Assembly: GCA_964016885.1 (NCBI GenBank)
Contig: OZ024755.1
Span: 11,470,001-11,534,000 of the forward strand
Reading direction: 5' to 3'
Source: Eledone cirrhosa
Lineage: Eukaryota
Length of the DNA stretch: 64,000 nt
Positions 1-12,336 of this stretch are shown piece by piece (position 1 is the stretch's first letter; each line of letters opens with the position of its first letter). The translations under genes were made by a program, and so were the position numbers. Under the pieces are notes generated by a model. The model made no database searches, was not told where the DNA came from, and saw nothing but the letters and a program-made list of their open reading frames with translations.

Positions 1-1017
1 TACTCTTCCTCTCACCCCCCCACCTAAATTCTTCATCCACCCCCACCCCTTTATTTTCTGTTCATATTATGTGTTTCTACCTCCTCCTCTAGTCACATAC
101 GCCCCTAACACTGCCGCAACCGTCTCTCTGCCGCCACCATCCCTCTAACCACAACAGTAACTAAATAAAAAGCACAACGACCACCAAAATAACAACCACC
201 CACACAACTAACACAACCACCAACAAAACAACCACAACCACTACCCCCCCCCCCTCCCCCCCAAAAAACAACCAACAACTACCAACACACTAACCACCAC
301 AACAAGCACCATCAACAGCCCACAGCCACCACCAACACCACCACCACCACCACAACCTCAACTATCACAAAAGAAAAAAAGAATCTACAATCATTAATAT
401 TACAACACTACCACCAATACATTAACTCGCACTATCCATTACCGCCTTTTTGAAAACTACTACCTATACACCACTTACAATCACTGTTTATCACTATCAC
501 TAGGTACAGAGCTGTATATAGAACCATTTATATGTTATGTATAATAAATGTACACAGTCACCAGTTTTAGAACCACCACTACGACCAGCTTGAGTACTTC
601 TTATACAAGTGATGCTCCAATCTTAAAACCTTAAACAGTGTAAGTGGCGAATTGTCAGAGTCATTAGAGCGTTAGATAGAATGTCCTATCTTCATTTTGG
701 CTCACTGTGTGCGAAGTTCAAGTCTCACAGAGGCCAACTTTGTCTTTCATCGATAAAAAAAAGTAGCAGTCAAGTACCGGAGTCGATTCTTCCTCTATCT
801 CTTCCTCACTTCCAAGCTCTCACCCTCTATCATTATCTGGAAGAAATCTGCTGTATTCAGACCTGAGAGATGGGTTTCTGCTAGATTTAAAAAGTGCCCT
901 AGAAACGCCGTACGTCAATATGGTCTCCCTACGATTCCCACGGGTGTTACGGGGCCATGCATGAAAGCATTCCACATCATGTGAACATTATTCTATCATA
1001 AATCAAAGTGGATGCAG

Positions 1018-1190
1018 ACATGGCTGCGTGGTTAAGGCTGTTAAATTCGTAATCAGAAGACTTGGGATTTGATCCCATTGCGTGGAATCTTGATGAAGTG
1101 TCTTTACCATAAGCCTCAGGTCAACCAAAGCTGAGGACCAAAGCTTTGAGTGAAATTGAATAGACGGAAACTAAAGAGAAACTCGTCTTT
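1018..1190 (+). mobile_element. Older tRNA-derived SINE family 3
   Basis: TGGCTGCGTGGTTAAG A-box and a degenerate B-box. Diverged copies near 6880-7035, 18020-18175, 29830-29975 and 35800-35935. Confidence 0.65.
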
Positions 1191-1379
1191 CATTCTTTCA
1201 AGTTCGATAAATGAAGTATCAGTCAAGCACTAGGGTTGAGCCTACACACCACCTATCCCCTCTCTCTCTTCTACTCCCTCTCATACCTACACACTCTCCT
1301 CCTCCTGAATCGCAAACGAAAAAGGGGTAAAAAAAGGAAGGGTCGCATAACGACACCAACAACCCTTTCATCCCTTCAA

Positions 1380-2935
1380 AGAGGGGGGGGGGGATAAGGG
1401 AGGCAATGGGAAAAGAGGGAGATGGAGAGAGGGAGGGTGAGAGAGTGAGAGGGAGATGGAGAGAGGGAGGGTGAGAGAGTGAGAGTGAGAGTGAGAGGGA
1501 GAGAGAGGGGGGGGAGAGAGGGAGGGCGAGGGAGGGGGAGAGAGGAGGGGAGGGGAGGGGGAGATAGGGGGAGGGGGGGAGATAGGGAGGGGGGGTGGGG
1601 AGAGATGGAGGGAGAGAGGGAAGAGAGGGAGGGAGAGGGAGGGAGAGAGAGGGAAGAGAGGGAGGGAGGGAGAGGGAGGGAGACGGGGAGAGAGAGATAC
1701 GGGGAGAGAGAGAGATACGTGGAGAGAGAGAGACGGGGAGAGAGAGAGAGAGACGGGGAATGAGAGACAGGGAGAGAGAGAGAGAGAGAGACGGGGAGAG
1801 AGAGAGACAGGGAGAGAGATTTGTCCGCCCCCAAATACTCCCCCTCATCCTTTCACTCATTCTCTCACTAACTCGAGTGAGATAGGTGGGCATAATCCGC
1901 ACATTTTTACAGAAGATCCAAGTGCAAAATATGGCGAGGGAGGGGGGGTATAGTGAACGAAAGTGTGCGGGGGTGGGGAAAAAAGGGTTAAGACAGGAAA
2001 TAAAATGCTAAAAGAGAGAGAAAGGGAGAAGGAGGCGGATAAAGAGACGGACAAAATAGAAAGGAGAGAAGGAGCAGAAAGACTGACAAACAGAGAGGAG
2101 AGAGACAGGGAGAGAGAGGCGGAGAAAGAGACTGACAGAAAGAGAGAGGAGAGAGACTGACAGAAAGAGAGAGTGATAGAGATAGAAAGAGAGCGTGAGA
2201 GAGCGATAGAGATAGAAAGAGAGCGTGAGAGAGCGAGAGATAGAAAGAGAGCGTGAGAGAGCGAGAGAGATAGAAAGAGAGCGAGAGAGATAGAAAGAGA
2301 GCGTGAGAGAGCGAGAGATAGAAAGAGAGCGTGAGAGAGCGAGAGAGATAGAAAGAGAGCGAGAGAGATAGAAAGAGCGCGACAGAGAGAGCGCGAGAGA
2401 GAGAGAGCGAGAGAGAGCGAGCGAGAGAGAGAGAGCGAGAGAGCGCGAGAGAGAGAGCGAGAGAGATAGAGCGAGAGAGATAGAGCGAGAGAGATAGAGA
2501 GAGAGAGAGATAGAGAGAGCGCGAGAGAGATCAGTTAGGGGAGAAGGGTAAAGAAGAAAAAAAATAAGAAAGAACAAGATTAGTGAGGAGAGAAGAAGGA
2601 CGAGGTTGAGGCGGAGGAGCAGGAGGAGAAAACAGATGAGGAACGGAAAGAGAAAGACTAGAAATTAGAACGAGAGGAAAGAGAAAGGGTAGAGAGACAG
2701 AAAGAGAGAGTGGAGAGACAGAGAGAGAGTGGAGAGACAGAGAGAGTGTGGAGAGACAGAGAAAGGGTGGAGAGAGAAAGGGTGGAGAGAGAAAGGCTGG
2801 AGAGAGAGAGGGTGGAGAGAGAGAGGGTGGAGAGAGAGAGGATGGAGAGAGACAGAGAGAGGGCGTAGAGACAGAGAGAGGGTGGAGAGAGAGACAGAAT
2901 GAGCAAAAAAGAGAGAGGAAGAGTTGGAGAGGTAG

Positions 2936-2985
<50 letters not shown>
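1380..2985. repeat. Polypurine (GA)n/G-rich compound microsatellite ending in (GT)n
   Basis: Directly visible. Confidence 0.95.
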
Positions 2986-2987
<2 letters not shown>

Positions 2988-3128
2988 ATTACAGTTGTGT
3001 TTATAGCTTTCCATGTGTGTGCGAGGATTTCCACACCGATCCATGTATGCGTGTGTGTCCTTCCGTGCGTCCATAACTTTCCATGTGTGTTCGTCCATTA
3101 AATACAGATCTGTGTGTGTTTCTGAGTT

Positions 3129-3215
<87 letters not shown>

Positions 3216-3641
3216 CTTTCCATGTGTGTATGTGTTATTTTCATAGAGATCCATGTAGATGTGTGTATCTGATCATTTAGTTGTGTGTATGTTTGTATTT
3301 GTGTATCTGTTATAGCATTTTATGTATGAGCGAGAAATGCTACAGCGATCCATGTATGTGTGTTCGTTTAGTTTGTTCGGGTGTATGTTTGTAACTTTCC
3401 ATGTGTATGTGTATATCCATAGATCCATGTACATATATATATATGTGTGTGGGTGCGTGAGTGTGTACGTGTGTGTGTGTCTGTGTTCATATAATTTGTA
3501 TATGTTTATCGTTACATGTATATGTGTGTACACCCCATCCAAATCCATGTTGTGCGTGTGTGTTTGTGTGTTGGTGACTGACCAATCATTTGTGCGTGTG
3601 TAAGTTCCTATATATCCATGCCATTGTGTGTGTGTATCTTT

Positions 3642-3687
<46 letters not shown>

Positions 3688-3689
<2 letters not shown>

Positions 3690-3823
3690 CGAAGGAGGTT
3701 TGGTAAGGAGCCAGATGGACCATAACCCACCAGAGTACTCAATATTTAGGGTAGTAGAGTGGGTACGTCCAGAAATAGCTGTCGAAACGGCTTGAGCTCT
3801 GCCGTCGGGGTCTAACATTTTCC
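3688..3823. mobile_element. (TA)n-embedded element family A, internally inverted copy
   Basis: Shares AACGAAGG..GGACCATAAC..GTACTCAATA..GTAGAGTGGGTA and GAAACGGC..GCCGTCGGGG with the copies at 8.0-8.65, 19.1 and 61.1 kb. (TA)n on both sides. Confidence 0.8.
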
Positions 3824-4120
3824 TATATATATATATATATAAATTCAGCGAGAATCGCATTTCTGCGGGTACAAAAAGCGAAACGAAACGCAAAAATCAT
3901 AAATATGCTGGCAAGCGCTCTATAGTTAAAAAACCAGAGCTAAACAATATGTTAAAACTCCCATACAAAACTGAAAAAGTGGTCAAGAAAGCATCAACCA
4001 CCTAAGCCAAAAAGCAAATCAAGCTAAACAGGTCAAAACAAAATAATTGATAATATATATATATACTACCATGACTGAATCTTAACCATCTACTATGTCA
4101 GGGTATGTCATGCATTATCT

Positions 4121-4187
4121 TATTTTATCTGATGAGGACGTACTGTTGAAGTTAACTCAGTACCTCTGAAATATGTATAATAAAATA
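4121..4187 (+). ncRNA. Minimal type I hammerhead ribozyme
   Basis: Stem I TATTTTAT/ATAAAATA; CTGATGA 4129-4135; stem II GTACTG/CAGTAC with an imperfect base; GAAA 4168-4171; quasi-palindromic stem III ATATGTAT; AUA triplet. Stem I is nearly the same as in the 57-kb copy. Confidence 0.7.
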
Positions 4188-4231
4188 TACTTGATCACAA
4201 GAATATCTATTTTGTTAATATTTTGAATTAA

Positions 4232-4272
<41 letters not shown>

Positions 4273-5830
4273 CCGTATATGTTTGTCGGCTGAGAGAAAA
4301 AGGTACTCAATACCGAAGTAGAGTTTTAATATTCATTTTCGATGATCCTGTGATAAAACAGGCGAAACTCCATAGTAACAAGACTCACTATTTAGCTTTA
4401 ATAAAATGAGTATATTCGTATGTGTGTGTGTGCGTATACACACAGATAGAAATAGCAGTAAAATCTCCTCAAGATCACACCTTATGTCAATTAAAATTGA
4501 AAACATTTCTGAAAATACCTCTAGTATAATCTGCTACTGATTTCTACCAGACTGCGGTCAAGCTGGGGAAACTGACTTGAAGCGACTTACACAATCATAT
4601 CAACTCCATTGCTTATTTATTTCAACATTGATATTTATTTTATCTCTTTTTGTTCAGGCGTTTCCGTTGGTTAAAACACAGACATGTACGCAGGCACACA
4701 AATACATACATAGGTCAGATCATTTGGCATAACATTAAAAAGACCATTTATTCAGCTTGGAACTCTCCATACTCAAGGAAAGTATAATGCATATATTACT
4801 GTAAGATAAATAGGCCCTACGGTCAAGGTCAAACCTAAACAGATTCGATGGCGATAGATAGATAAATAGATAGAAAGACAGATATAAACGTTTCCCTTGT
4901 GTGTGTGTATGTGCGTCTGTCTGTGTTAGATGTAGAAATTTGTATAAGTAAATTTCTGGTGTATGCGTTTGTATGAGATGAGATTATGTGTGTGTGTGTT
5001 AGTTTTTTAATCCTTCGGTTATTGGCTCCCACGTGAAAACCACACCATCTCGTCCCTCAGCGAAACTTAACCTACAAGCCGCTATAACCATTACCACCAC
5101 TACCACTAACAAAAACATCATCATCATCATCACCACCACCACGACCAACAACACAGTCACCATCCGCACCATAACCATCACCAACACCATCTTCAGCCCC
5201 AATGCCACCAGCACCATGACTACCACCACAAAACGTGAATGACAAGAATCACAGCACGTGGATGGGTTTAGGTCGGGGTGTTTTGTTAGTATTGTTAAAC
5301 AAACATCGAAAAAGGGTCTGGAACATTCTCTTGACCCAGTTCTTGAGGAGATGAGTGCTATACCAAACTTCTTGGTATTTTTCTTTTTACTAACACCACA
5401 AACAACAAAAACATCGGCTGTTGTTATTGTTGGTGGTGGTGGTGTTGCTTATGTTAGTGACTATGTGGATGATGAAGCCACCGTCGATTTCGACGATGAA
5501 CATTCAGTTATCCGAATGAATAACTGAACATACGACTATATGTAAGTGGTTGAGTATTCCATAAGTAGCTCAAACCAGTTTGTGTAACATTGTGACAAAG
5601 TTGAACCTTTGAATTATCGGCTTAGTTAATCAGATTAGCTTCTAAACAGTTTCTATTCCCCCCCCCCCCATTTCATACCTAAGTCTTGGATTGACTCAAG
5701 TCTATCCTAACAACACTTGCTCAATATGCCACGTATTGGGACTGAACCCAGGATATCAGAATTGGGAAGGTATGTCTCTTTTGATAAAGGTATCCTTGAG
5801 ATTAAACGACATAATGCGCACGCATATATA

Positions 5831-5907
5831 CAGGGTATCCCGAAATGTATATAAACACTTCAACACAAATATAATCAAAATATGTCTACATTTTTGGGGA
5901 CACACTG
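5831..5907. mobile_element. Tiny Tc1/mariner-type MITE
   Basis: TA|CAGGGTATCCCGAAATGTA...TACATTTTTGGGGACACACTG|TA: imperfect TIRs and a TA target duplication. Confidence 0.6.
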
Positions 5908-7494
5908 TATTACACACAGGTGTATTCAATTTACGCGCTTTTATATCTACACTCACACACATGCATGCATGCATACGACAACTTTACATACGTCTACATC
6001 TACATACACACAATACTTTCATGTATATCGATATATAGCTTCTCACATATGCCTACAAGAACCTCACACACACACACACACACTTTGCATCATCAGCATT
6101 ATCACACTCGCCTATACACTATCGTTCAATTAAGCACCAGAATACAATTTAAGTCGGAGAAATTGTGTGATAAAGAAAATAGAAGATGAAAAAAAAATTC
6201 TTGAAATTTAAAAAAGAACAAGAGAAGACGTAAAAGAGAAAACAAATAAGCAAGTAGAGATAGTTTAGGTAGACAGAAAGATTAATTAAAATAATACATG
6301 TTAGACGAAACTAGATGAGATGCAATCGACGAGATAAGAAATACATTATTAGTTTCGTATTTAATGTTTTTTTTTGTTTTTTTTTAATATAAAAAACAAA
6401 CCAAATGGTAACTTGATCAATGATTGCTTGTGATATCTGGTATTTTCAGTGCCGAGGTGTGTGTGTGTGTGTGTGTATACACACACACACACACAATATA
6501 TATATATACACACACACAATATATATATACTGTATATATATATATAGTAAAATTGGAATTGGAATGGACCTCAGTCGGTTTCGTCGATGAGTGTTCCGAT
6601 TATTCGCTCAAAGGAATAACCAGCTTATGGAAAAAAAAAAATAATAACGAGCAAGTGGCTGAACATTCCACAAAGCCGTGTACCCTCAAGACAGTTCTTG
6701 AGGGGATTCGGTGTGGCACACTGTGTGACAGAGTTGGAATTACAGGTACAGTCGATTTAATATTATAGTATTAAGGGCTAAATATTACACAGTTACATGT
6801 ATTCTTAAGGAGATTCAAGGTGACAGTGTGTGTGTATGACAATGCTGATCTTTTGAATTATACCTACAGTCCACTCTATTGGGTTTCCAAACAGATTCCA
6901 TCAACCAATTTCTAGTCACGTAGTCGACCTGTGGCTATTGTATATCACACTTGTGTAAGATGCCACGCTGCCTGATCAAATCCTAGGTCTTATGATTGTG
7001 AAGCGAACTTCGTAACCATTCGACCATGCCTGCGTCCATATCATTCTGAGTTCAAATCCCGCCAAGATTAGCTTAGCCTTTCATCTTTAAGGGGTCAATA
7101 AAATGTAATACCAGTAACGCACAGGGATCGATTTAGTCAACTTACCCCTTCCCTTCAAGTTGCTGGTCTTGTGCCAAAATTAGAAACAAACAAATATATG
7201 CTACGGAAGGAATCTTATTATCGTCGGTGGAATAGCTAGAAATAGCAGCCAAATCTTCAATCAAATGACTACGTCTTACAAAAATGAAGACTCACTGGAT
7301 AACACACACACACACACACTCATACAGGGTGAGATATTAACGGCTAAAACACATTCGACCAGATCAGACCTAAGGCTTGAACGACGATAACAACTGTGAC
7401 ATGATCGCCAGCTGATTTCAGAGTTTATTTTGGCTCTCAATACTTAAGGGTTTGTTTCAATCATAAGATATATGTCGTATGATAGCAATTCTAA

Positions 7495-7686
7495 GGTGGA
7501 TTGGCAGTATCGGTAGAGGCTCGGACGCCATGCTTTGCAGCAAAGAGTTACGGCCCTTTATGATCTGAGTTCAAATTCCGCCGAGGTTAACTTTGCCTTT
7601 CATCCTTACGGGGTCGATAAAATAAAGTACCAGTAATGCACTGGGTATTTGCTGGCCTTGTGCCTAAGGTAGAAACAATTATTATT
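7495..7686 (+). mobile_element. tRNA-derived SINE family 1 (about 190 bp)
   Basis: A-box-like TGGCAGTATCGG, B-box GAGTTCAAATTC/CC, central GCCTTTCATCCTTACGGGGTCGATAAAATAAAGTACCAG, (ATT)n tail. More than 20 full or partial copies in the window. Confidence 0.9.
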
Positions 7687-8015
7687 TCTGATCTTCTCAA
7701 TAAGGGGAAACCTATGATCAAAGACATTCCAGCTGTGACCATAACAAATGTTCTCCACCCCATCGCCCAGACAATGTAACAGAAAACTAACATAAGATTC
7801 ATTCATTTTATATCGCCTCGTTGCTTAGTAGACTGCAAATCCTTCGCTTTGTGCGTTTGTTTGTTTTACTTTTAAATTCCAGCCAGTCGACATTACAACG
7901 TGGCAACGTGATAGCATTATATGTTATTATATAATACTCTAATATTGAAATCTCTGTGGAAATAGTTATATTGATAGTGCACACAAGTGATATATATATA
8001 TATAAATATAAATAT

Positions 8016-8653
8016 AACGAAGGAAGTGTGGTAAGGAACCAGATGGACCATAACGCACCAGAGTACTCAATACTTAGGGTAGTAGAGTGGGTAATAGGAA
8101 AATATATGACCCCGACGGCAGAGCTCAAGTCGTTTCGACGACTATTTCTGGACTCAGTCCAGAAATCCAGAAATAGCCGTCGAAGCGATTTGAGCTCTGC
8201 CGTCGTAATACATTTTCCTATATATATATATAGATATAGGAACCAGTAAGACCCCGACAGCTGAGCTCAAGCCGTTTCGACGGCTAATTCTGTCCAGAAT
8301 TAGCCGTCGAAACGGCTTGAGCTCAGCTGTCGGGGTCTTACTGGTTCCTATTACCCACTCTACTACCTCAAGTATTGAGTACTTTGGTGCGTTATGGTCC
8401 ACCTGGTTCCTTACCACATTTCCTTCGTTATATATAGATATATATATACAACATATGTCTGCGTGCATGTGAATATGTATGTGCATATATATGTGTGTAT
8501 GTATATATAGATACATATAACGAAGGAAATGTGGTAAGGAACCAGGTGGACCATAACGCACCAAAGTACTCTATACTTAGGGTTGTAGAGTGGGTAATAG
8601 GAACGAGTAGGACCCCGACGGCTGAGCTCAGCCGTCGGGTTCCTACTCGTTCC
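8016..8653. mobile_element. Three adjacent fold-back copies of family A (8016-8218, 8238-8429, 8519-8653)
   Basis: Each copy is a palindrome with one long and one short arm, separated by TA-rich tracts. They carry the HHR 3' half GAAAC-GGC..GCC-GTC. Confidence 0.85.
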
Positions 8654-8699
8654 TATATATATATATATATATATATTATATACACACACACACATTCAT

Positions 8700-8743
<44 letters not shown>

Positions 8744-8746
<3 letters not shown>

Positions 8747-9390
8747 TCACAAGAATCAAAGCTATGTTAAAAGCATTTATTCACTTACAATTGTTTCATC
8801 CAAACCTAGGCTTGGAGTCTTCGGAGCATTTTTCAATGTTTGTACACATAATTGACCTCCTTTCCAACGCAAGAGACATACAGATACATATGTATATATT
8901 GATGTACAGTGGAGTGACATATATTATACTATATTATTTCTGTATAGCAATTCAAATTCAAAATCGAAATCAAATTAAAATTAAAATTAAAACAAAATTA
9001 CAATACATTCGGCAGTTAACAGATAATGCAAGAAGATAGTTTGTTAGTCAGATGTAGTAGTTAGTGTATGCGTTAGTTACACGTGGGGCATGCAAGTGTG
9101 TCCCATTTATATATGATTATTGTGTGGCAGGGTGTTACATGTAATACAAGCACTTTAAGCGGTTTGGATGAAACAATTGTAAGTGAATAAATGTTTTGAA
9201 CACACCTTTGATTCTTGTGAATTCTATATAACTGCTCTGTAGAACAACTGATGTTATTACATTGAGCTATTTATCTTACTGGTAATAAGGTAGTAATAAA
9301 TTACTGACCTTCACTGTTTAGGGTTTAAAATATATATAACTATAAAAAGTTTTAGTATATGCATAACCATAAATAGTATCGTTAATATTA
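8744..9390 (+). mobile_element. (TA)n-embedded element family B with inverted 5' arm
   Basis: 8744-8806 is the reverse complement of about 9161-9223. The body is nearly identical to 63489-63753 and carries the HHR 3' half GAAA-CAATTG-TA. Confidence 0.75.
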
Positions 9391-9894
9391 TATATATATA
9401 TATATACACACACACACAAATATAAACAGAGTCATAGACTTGCGTTATTCCCTGTGTTTTGATCGCACACACTCTCTCTCTAGTGTGTTATATTTTCTAC
9501 ATATTGTATATATATATATATACATATATAGGCTAGGTAAGCACTATCTGAAGAATATATAACATTGTAACACACAAGGGGAAACTCCATAGTATATCAT
9601 TAACTATTCAATTTCTACAACATATTAACAGTAGTCACTGCAAAGTGCAACTAGTACACAGTCGTGTAAAGAAGTACACAGTCAGCAATAAAGAAGCAAA
9701 ACGAAAGTTACAAATTTACGCAAACTATGCGTGTGAGCAATTATATATACCATATCTAAGATATTTAATTCCTGATATTTAAAATGAGACATCTGATCTG
9801 AATGTACGGATTATTGTATCAACCTGTTGAAAACAATTGACGAAACGGCCGTCATATTCCCACCATATTGTATATTTTAGTATAATCCATATTA

Positions 9895-10187
9895 TAATTG
9901 TTTCTACTTTTGGCACAAGGCCAGCAATTACGCCAGTGCATTACTGGTACTTTATTTTATCGACCCCGTAAGGATGAAAGGCAAAGTTAACCTCGGCGGG
10001 ATTTGAATTCAGAACGTAAAAAGTCATAACCCTATGTTGCAAAGCATGGTGCCTGACGCTCTACCGATACTGCCAATCCATATTATAATTGTTTCTACTA
10101 TTGGCACAAGGCCAGCAATTACCTAGTACATTACTGGTACTTTATTTTATCGAGCCCGTAAGGATGAAAGGCAAAGTTACGCTCGAC
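9895..10187 (-). mobile_element. SINE family 1, full copy plus truncated tandem copy
   Basis: Reverse complement of the family consensus. Confidence 0.88.
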
Positions 10188-10930
10188 CAATCCATATTAT
10201 AATGATTGTACAAAAGTATTAGGTGAGCGCTGCATCTTGCGTAAATATTTCTTCAATAGACTCGGTCGATACAAACATCGAACAGACTGTATCTGTAATT
10301 CAAAGCTCCAGTTTGATTATACATTCTATCACATCGACTCCACATGGAAATTACATTATCTGAGGAATACTCAGCCACTTAGACGTTAAACCACGAATCA
10401 GACGTCCTGTTGATAAAACAATTGATTGCTCATGGGCGGGGGAATCTACTAATGACCATGTGCGTGTATCTGTATGAACGCGTAAAATTGTGCGGGGGAG
10501 GGCGAATGCGTGTGCGAGAGAGAGAGAGAATGTAAGTAAGCATGCGCATGCGTGAGAATGCGTGGTTGCATACTTGCGTTCATACGGAAATATTGAATGT
10601 GCGTACTTGCATGTTTATATGCGTGCGTTCAATACTGAGTGTGAGTGACCGTGCGTGTGTGCGTGCGCGCGTGTGCGTAGAATCTCTATTAAAATGTACG
10701 TAAGAATGTGTGTGAACTTACGCATTATATTCTTTAATGCATGTGCATGTGAGTGCACGTATGTGCATACATGTATATGCCTGAGGGCAAGTATACAAAA
10801 TTGGGTGAGGTCATGGTTGTGTTTGGTGTGTGATTCAGCGAGTTTTTCTATGAGCTTTAGTATAACCGTTCGCCCGTTCGTGTCTTCAATGAAAGTGCTT
10901 GGATGAACGACAAAGTATGTGTTTGTTCAT

Positions 10931-11772
10931 GGGTGAGATAGCTAGAGAGTGTGTGGGTGAAATAACTAGAGAGTGTGTGGGTGAGATAGCTAGAGAGTGT
11001 GTGGGTGAGATAGCTAGAGAGTGTGTGGGTGAGATAGCTAGAGAGTGTGTGGGTGAGATAGCTAGAGAGTGTGTGGGTGAAATAGCTAGAGAGTGTGTGG
11101 GTGAGATAGCTAGAGAGTGTGTGGGTGAAATAGCTAGAGAGTGTGTGGGTGAGATAGCTAGAGAGTGTGTGGGTGAGATAGCTAGAGAGTGTGTGGGTGA
11201 GATAGCTAGAGAGTGTGTGGGTGAGATAGCTAGAGAGTGTGTGGGTGAAATAGCTAGAGAGTGTGTGGGTGAGATAGCTAGAGAGTGTGTGGGTGAGATA
11301 GCTAGAGAGTGTGTGGGTGAGATAGCTAGAGAGTGTGTGGGTGAGATAGCTAGAGAGTGTGTGGGTGAGATAGCTAGAGAGTGTGTGGGTGAGATAGCTA
11401 GACAGTGTGTGGGCGAGATAGCTAGAGAGTGTGTGGGTGAGATAGCTAGAGAGTGTGTGGGTGAGATAGCTAGAGAGTGTGTGGGTGAAATAGCTAGAGA
11501 GTGTGTGGGTGAGATAGCTAGAGAGTGTGTGGGTGAGATAGCTAGAGAGTGTGTGGGTGAGATAGCTAGAGAGTGTGTGGGTGAGATAGCTAGAGAGTGT
11601 GTGGGTGAGATAGCTAGAGAGTGTGTGGGTGAGATAGCTAGAGAGTGTGTGGGTGAGATAGCTAGACAGTGTGTGGGTGAGATAGCTAGAGAGTGTGTGG
11701 GTGAGATAGCTAGAGAGTGTGTGGGTGAGATAGCTAGAGAGTGTGTGGGTGAGATAGCTAGAGAGTGTGTGG
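10931..11772. repeat. 24-bp minisatellite GGGTGAGATAGCTAGAGAGTGTGT, about 35 copies
   Basis: Directly visible and near perfect. Confidence 0.97.
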
Positions 11773-11850
11773 TTTGGAATCCCCGTGATCTGGCATGGGT
11801 TTTGGTATTTGAGAATGCACAGACGCACACCTTTGTTTGTGAACGCAATT

Positions 11851-11881
<31 letters not shown>

Positions 11882-11882
11882 A

Positions 11883-11915
<33 letters not shown>

Positions 11916-11949
11916 GCGTGTGCGTGTGTAAATATATATGTGTGTATGT

Positions 11950-12040
<91 letters not shown>

Positions 12041-12297
12041 AGCACACGTGTAAACGCATAGGGTATATATGTGTGTGTAAATATATATGTGTGTGTGTGA
12101 GTGTGTGCGTGTGTGTATATATATATATATTATATATATAAGCACACGTGTAAACGCATAGGGTATATATGTGTGTGTAAATATATGTGGGTATATATGT
12201 GTGTGTAAATATGTGTGTATGTGTGTGTATATATATATATAGGCACACGTGTAAACGCATAGGGTATATATGTGTGTGTAAATATATGTGTGTATGA

Positions 12298-12336
<39 letters not shown>

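Noticed and set aside
7495-7590. tRNA gene-like A/B boxes
   Set aside because: Head of a multi-copy SINE with no proper cloverleaf.
9820-9860. GAAACGGCCGTC hammerhead-like 3' half
   Set aside because: No matching core or stem I upstream.
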